DNA of 26,230 nucleotides from a virus. The DNA lies in IMG/VR virus record IMGVR_UViG_3300035542_000215; one strand, given 5' to 3'. Made by a program: the position numbers and the translations under genes. The notes under the pieces are model-generated. The model was given only the letters and a program-made list of their open reading frames with translations, had not been told where the DNA came from and made no database searches. This document shows, one piece after another, positions 23,563-26,230 of the stretch. Position 1 is the stretch's first letter. Each line of letters starts with the position of its first letter.

Positions 23563-26230
23563 ATGAAAACAGATTACTTTAACTCAAGAAAGGTTTTAGC
23601 AATTTTACTTGTCATATCAATAATTGTTTCGATGATCCCTGGCTTACTAGTTGCGAATGCTAAAAACTTACAAATTAAAACTTTAGAAAAATTGGAAAAT
23701 TCACCAGATTTACACGAAAACACCTTGATTTCAAACAGAAGTGATATATCAGAGATTAAAATAAAAGAAAATTCTAAAAAAATAATAAAGGAAACTATTA
23801 GTGAATTTTTCATTAAAGAAGCTTTTGCTTCTGAAACTTTTATTCTTGGAGATAATGTTACTGGCGTTCTAGATGGAACAACTTTAACTATTAGTGGTAC
23901 TGGAGATATGTTCGATTTTACTTCATCCGAAGCACCTCTAATAAGTAACTCCAGCATAGAAAATGTAATAATAGAAGATGGAGTTACAAGTATTGGTAAA
24001 TATGTCTTTAAAAGATCAAGCTTAAGTTCTATTACTATACCCCAATCTGTTACTAAAATTGAAAGTTACGCTTTTGAAGGATCTTCAATTACTTATATTA
24101 ACATACCTGATAGTGTAACCTATTTGGGAGAAGGAGCCTTTTTTGGTTGTATATCTCTTACACAAGTAGATATAGGTAACGGATTAGCAGATATAGGGAA
24201 AATAGCTTTTCAAAATTGTAATGCTCTTGATACAATTAATATTGGTTCAAATGTTTCAAATATTTATTTAAACAGATTTCATGGTTCTTTTAAAGATTCA
24301 GGTTTGAAAACTATCAATGTAGATTTAGACAACAATACATATAAGAGTATAGACGGGGTATTGTTTACCAAAGATGAGACTAAACTTTTAAAAATAGGAA
24401 TAGGAAGAACAGGAAACTATACTGTTCCAAATGGGGTAGAAACAATTGGAGAGTATGCATTTTTTAAATCTAAAATTAACAATGTTGTTCTCCCAGAAGG
24501 TTTAACAACTATTGAAACTTATGGATTTGGACTTGCTTTCAACTTAGAAAGTATTAATTTGCCTGAAAGTTTAACAAGTATTGGAGTAAGCGGTTTTCAA
24601 TCTTGCGAAAGTTTAACTTCCCTAACAATTCCTTTAAATATATCGAGAATAGAAAAATCAACTTTTGATAATTTATGGGGAATCACTGAAATAGTAATAC
24701 CAGATAACATAACTTATCTTGATTGGTGGTCTTTTTTTTACGCTAAAAACCTTACAACCTTAACAATTGGTTCAAATGTAAGTTATATCGGATATGCATC
24801 TTTTTCAAGCAATGAAAAATTAACAGAAATTATTAACAATTATGATGGAAACCAAACAATTGATGATGAAATTTTTGCAAATATCCCAGAAACAGGAACA
24901 GCTTATGTTTATCAAGCAAATACTAATTTTGTAAATGCCTTGCCTGCTGGATGGGATGTTGTTTACTTAGATGAATCAACTCAAACCTACACTGTAACCT
25001 TTAAGGATTACGATGATTCAGTTATCGACACTCAGGAAGTAGAAGAAGGTCAAGATGCTACCGCTCCATCAGATCCTACAAGAGAAGGATACTCATTTAC
25101 TGGTTGGGATGTTGACTTTACAGGTATTACTGGAGACTTAACAGTTACAGCTACCTATACAATGGATACAGTTGCTACCTACACAGTAGAATTTAGAGAT
25201 TACGATGATTCAGTTATAGACACTCAGGAAGTAGAGGAAGGTCAAGATGCTACCGCTCCAACAGATCCTACTAGAACTGGTTACACTTTTACTGGTTGGG
25301 ATACAGACTTTACAGGCATTACTAAAGATATAGTAGTTACGGCTATTTATGAATTAAATGAACCTACTCCTGATGAAGAGTATCAGTTGGGAGATAGTGT
25401 TGTAGGAAAGCTATATGGAACAGAACTTGTTGTAACTGGAACGGGAAGTACGTATGACTTCACAATGGGAGATTGTTTGTTTTACAATGATGAAACAATT
25501 CAAAACATAGTTATTAACGATGGGGTTACAAATATTGGAGATTACTTATTTGCCTTCATATTAAACCTTTCTAATGTTGAGATGCCTAACAGTATAACTG
25601 CTATCGGAGAAGGATCTTTTGGAAATGTCACAGCCTTAACTTCCATAACAATACCTGATAGTGTAATGGAAATAGAAACTTTTGCTTTTCCCGCAAATGC
25701 AAATTTAACTGAAATAATAAACAATTATAATGGGAATCAAACAGTTGGAGTAGATATTTTATCTTATAGCTCTGAAACGGGAACAGCTTATGTTTATCAA
25801 GCAAATACTAATTTTGTAAATGCCTTGCCTGTTGGATGGGATGTTGTTTACTTAGATGAATCAACTCAAACCTACACTGTAACCTTTAAGGATTACGATG
25901 ATTCAGTTATTGACACTCAGGAAGTAGAAGAAGGTCAAGATGCTACCGCTCCAACAGATCCTACAAGAGAAGGATACTCATTTACTGGTTGGGATGTTGA
26001 CTTTACAGGTATTACTGGAGACTTAACAGTTACAGCTACCTATACAATGGATACAGTTGTTACCTATACAGTAGAATTTAGAGATTACGATGATTCAGTT
26101 ATCGACACTCAGGAAGTAGAGGAAGGTCAAGATGCTACCGCTCCAACAGATCCTACTAGAACTGGTTACACTTTTACTGGTTGGGATACAGACTTTACAG
26201 GCATTACTAAAGATATAGTAGTTACGGCTA
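23563..26230 (+). CDS. Large secreted/surface protein with BspA-type (LRR_5) repeats and InlB B-repeat (Listeria-Bacteroides repeat)-like domains; 3'-truncated and absent from the ORF track
   Basis: RBS AGGAGG, then ATG 23563 MKTDYFNSRKVLAILLVISIIVSMIPGLLVANA (signal peptide). Contains GTTLTISGTGDM, IEDGVTSIGKYVF, IPDSVTYLGEGAF and YTVTFKDYD...TQEVEEGQDATAP.DPTREGYSFTGWD. Open to the window end. Confidence 0.92.
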   Translation, partial: MKTDYFNSRKVLAILLVISIIVSMIPGLLVANAKNLQIKTLEKLENSPDLHENTLISNRSDISEIKIKENSKKIIKETISEFFIKEAFASETFILGDNVTGVLDGTTLTISGTGDMFDFTSSEAPLISNSSIENVIIEDGVTSIGKYVFKRSSLSSITIPQSVTKIESYAFEGSSITYINIPDSVTYLGEGAFFGCISLTQVDIGNGLADIGKIAFQNCNALDTINIGSNVSNIYLNRFHGSFKDSGLKTINVDLDNNTYKSIDGVLFTKDETKLLKIGIGRTGNYTVPNGVETIGEYAFFKSKINNVVLPEGLTTIETYGFGLAFNLESINLPESLTSIGVSGFQSCESLTSLTIPLNISRIEKSTFDNLWGITEIVIPDNITYLDWWSFFYAKNLTTLTIGSNVSYIGYASFSSNEKLTEIINNYDGNQTIDDEIFANIPETGTAYVYQANTNFVNALPAGWDVVYLDESTQTYTVTFKDYDDSVIDTQEVEEGQDATAPSDPTREGYSFTGWDVDFTGITGDLTVTATYTMDTVATYTVEFRDYDDSVIDTQEVEEGQDATAPTDPTRTGYTFTGWDTDFTGITKDIVVTAIYELNEPTPDEEYQLGDSVVGKLYGTELVVTGTGSTYDFTMGDCLFYNDETIQNIVINDGVTNIGDYLFAFILNLSNVEMPNSITAIGEGSFGNVTALTSITIPDSVMEIETFAFPANANLTEIINNYNGNQTVGVDILSYSSETGTAYVYQANTNFVNALPVGWDVVYLDESTQTYTVTFKDYDDSVIDTQEVEEGQDATAPTDPTREGYSFTGWDVDFTGITGDLTVTATYTMDTVVTYTVEFRDYDDSVIDTQEVEEGQDATAPTDPTRTGYTFTGWDTDFTGITKDIVVTA
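24889..26230 (+). repeat. Intragenic near-identical direct repeat (24889-25345 vs 25774-26230, offset 885 bp), each copy with a nested 192-bp tandem
   Basis: At least 457 bp aligned by eye with about 7 substitutions. Confidence 0.92.

Noticed and set aside
1860-25724. Short ORFs overlapping longer genes on the opposite strand (1860, 2201, 2912, 5484, 5608, 6330, 7073, 7713, 8410, 8863, 11246, 12329, 14088, 15162, 15459, 23574, 25542)
   Set aside because: Shadow ORFs of AT-rich coding strands, F/S/L-rich, with no recognisable domains.
24889-26230. Diversity-generating retroelement TR/VR pair
   Set aside because: Differences are few and not adenine-specific, both copies are in-frame coding, and no reverse transcriptase is present in the window.
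1-26230. Prophage, tRNA/rRNA genes or IS elements
   Set aside because: No structural, terminase, integrase or transposase motifs and no tRNA/rRNA-like sequence seen. A phage-plasmid cannot be excluded from this window alone.

Overview
AT-rich segment of a large, probably conjugative, extrachromosomal replicon from a low-GC Firmicute (inferred from SpoVG, long HPF and RBS/promoter style). It begins with the 3' part of a Rep_3-type initiator, followed by a DnaA box, an AT-rich stretch and 14 iterons in a 5+3+3+3 layout. Cargo includes DUF3232, HD-GYP, PadR, PcfJ-like, RHH-fusion, HPF, two small paralogues, NT5C, an alphaCTD/sigma4-like gene split by one in-frame TGA, hypotheticals, guanylate kinase, RecD2, SpoVG, a VirD4-like coupling protein, a DnaQ-like exonuclease, RecG and a large BspA-LRR/InlB-repeat surface protein running off the end. 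The main unexplained signal is an element-wide expression system. Eleven copies of a fixed-geometry 31-bp motif, GGAATA(T)-N13-(T)GCATA(TA/CT)ATA, lie in front of nearly every transcription unit on both strands. Several copies follow a terminator directly, and several precede a covarying 'AAGGA + hairpin + A-tract + RBS' leader. The putative regulator genes lack the motif.
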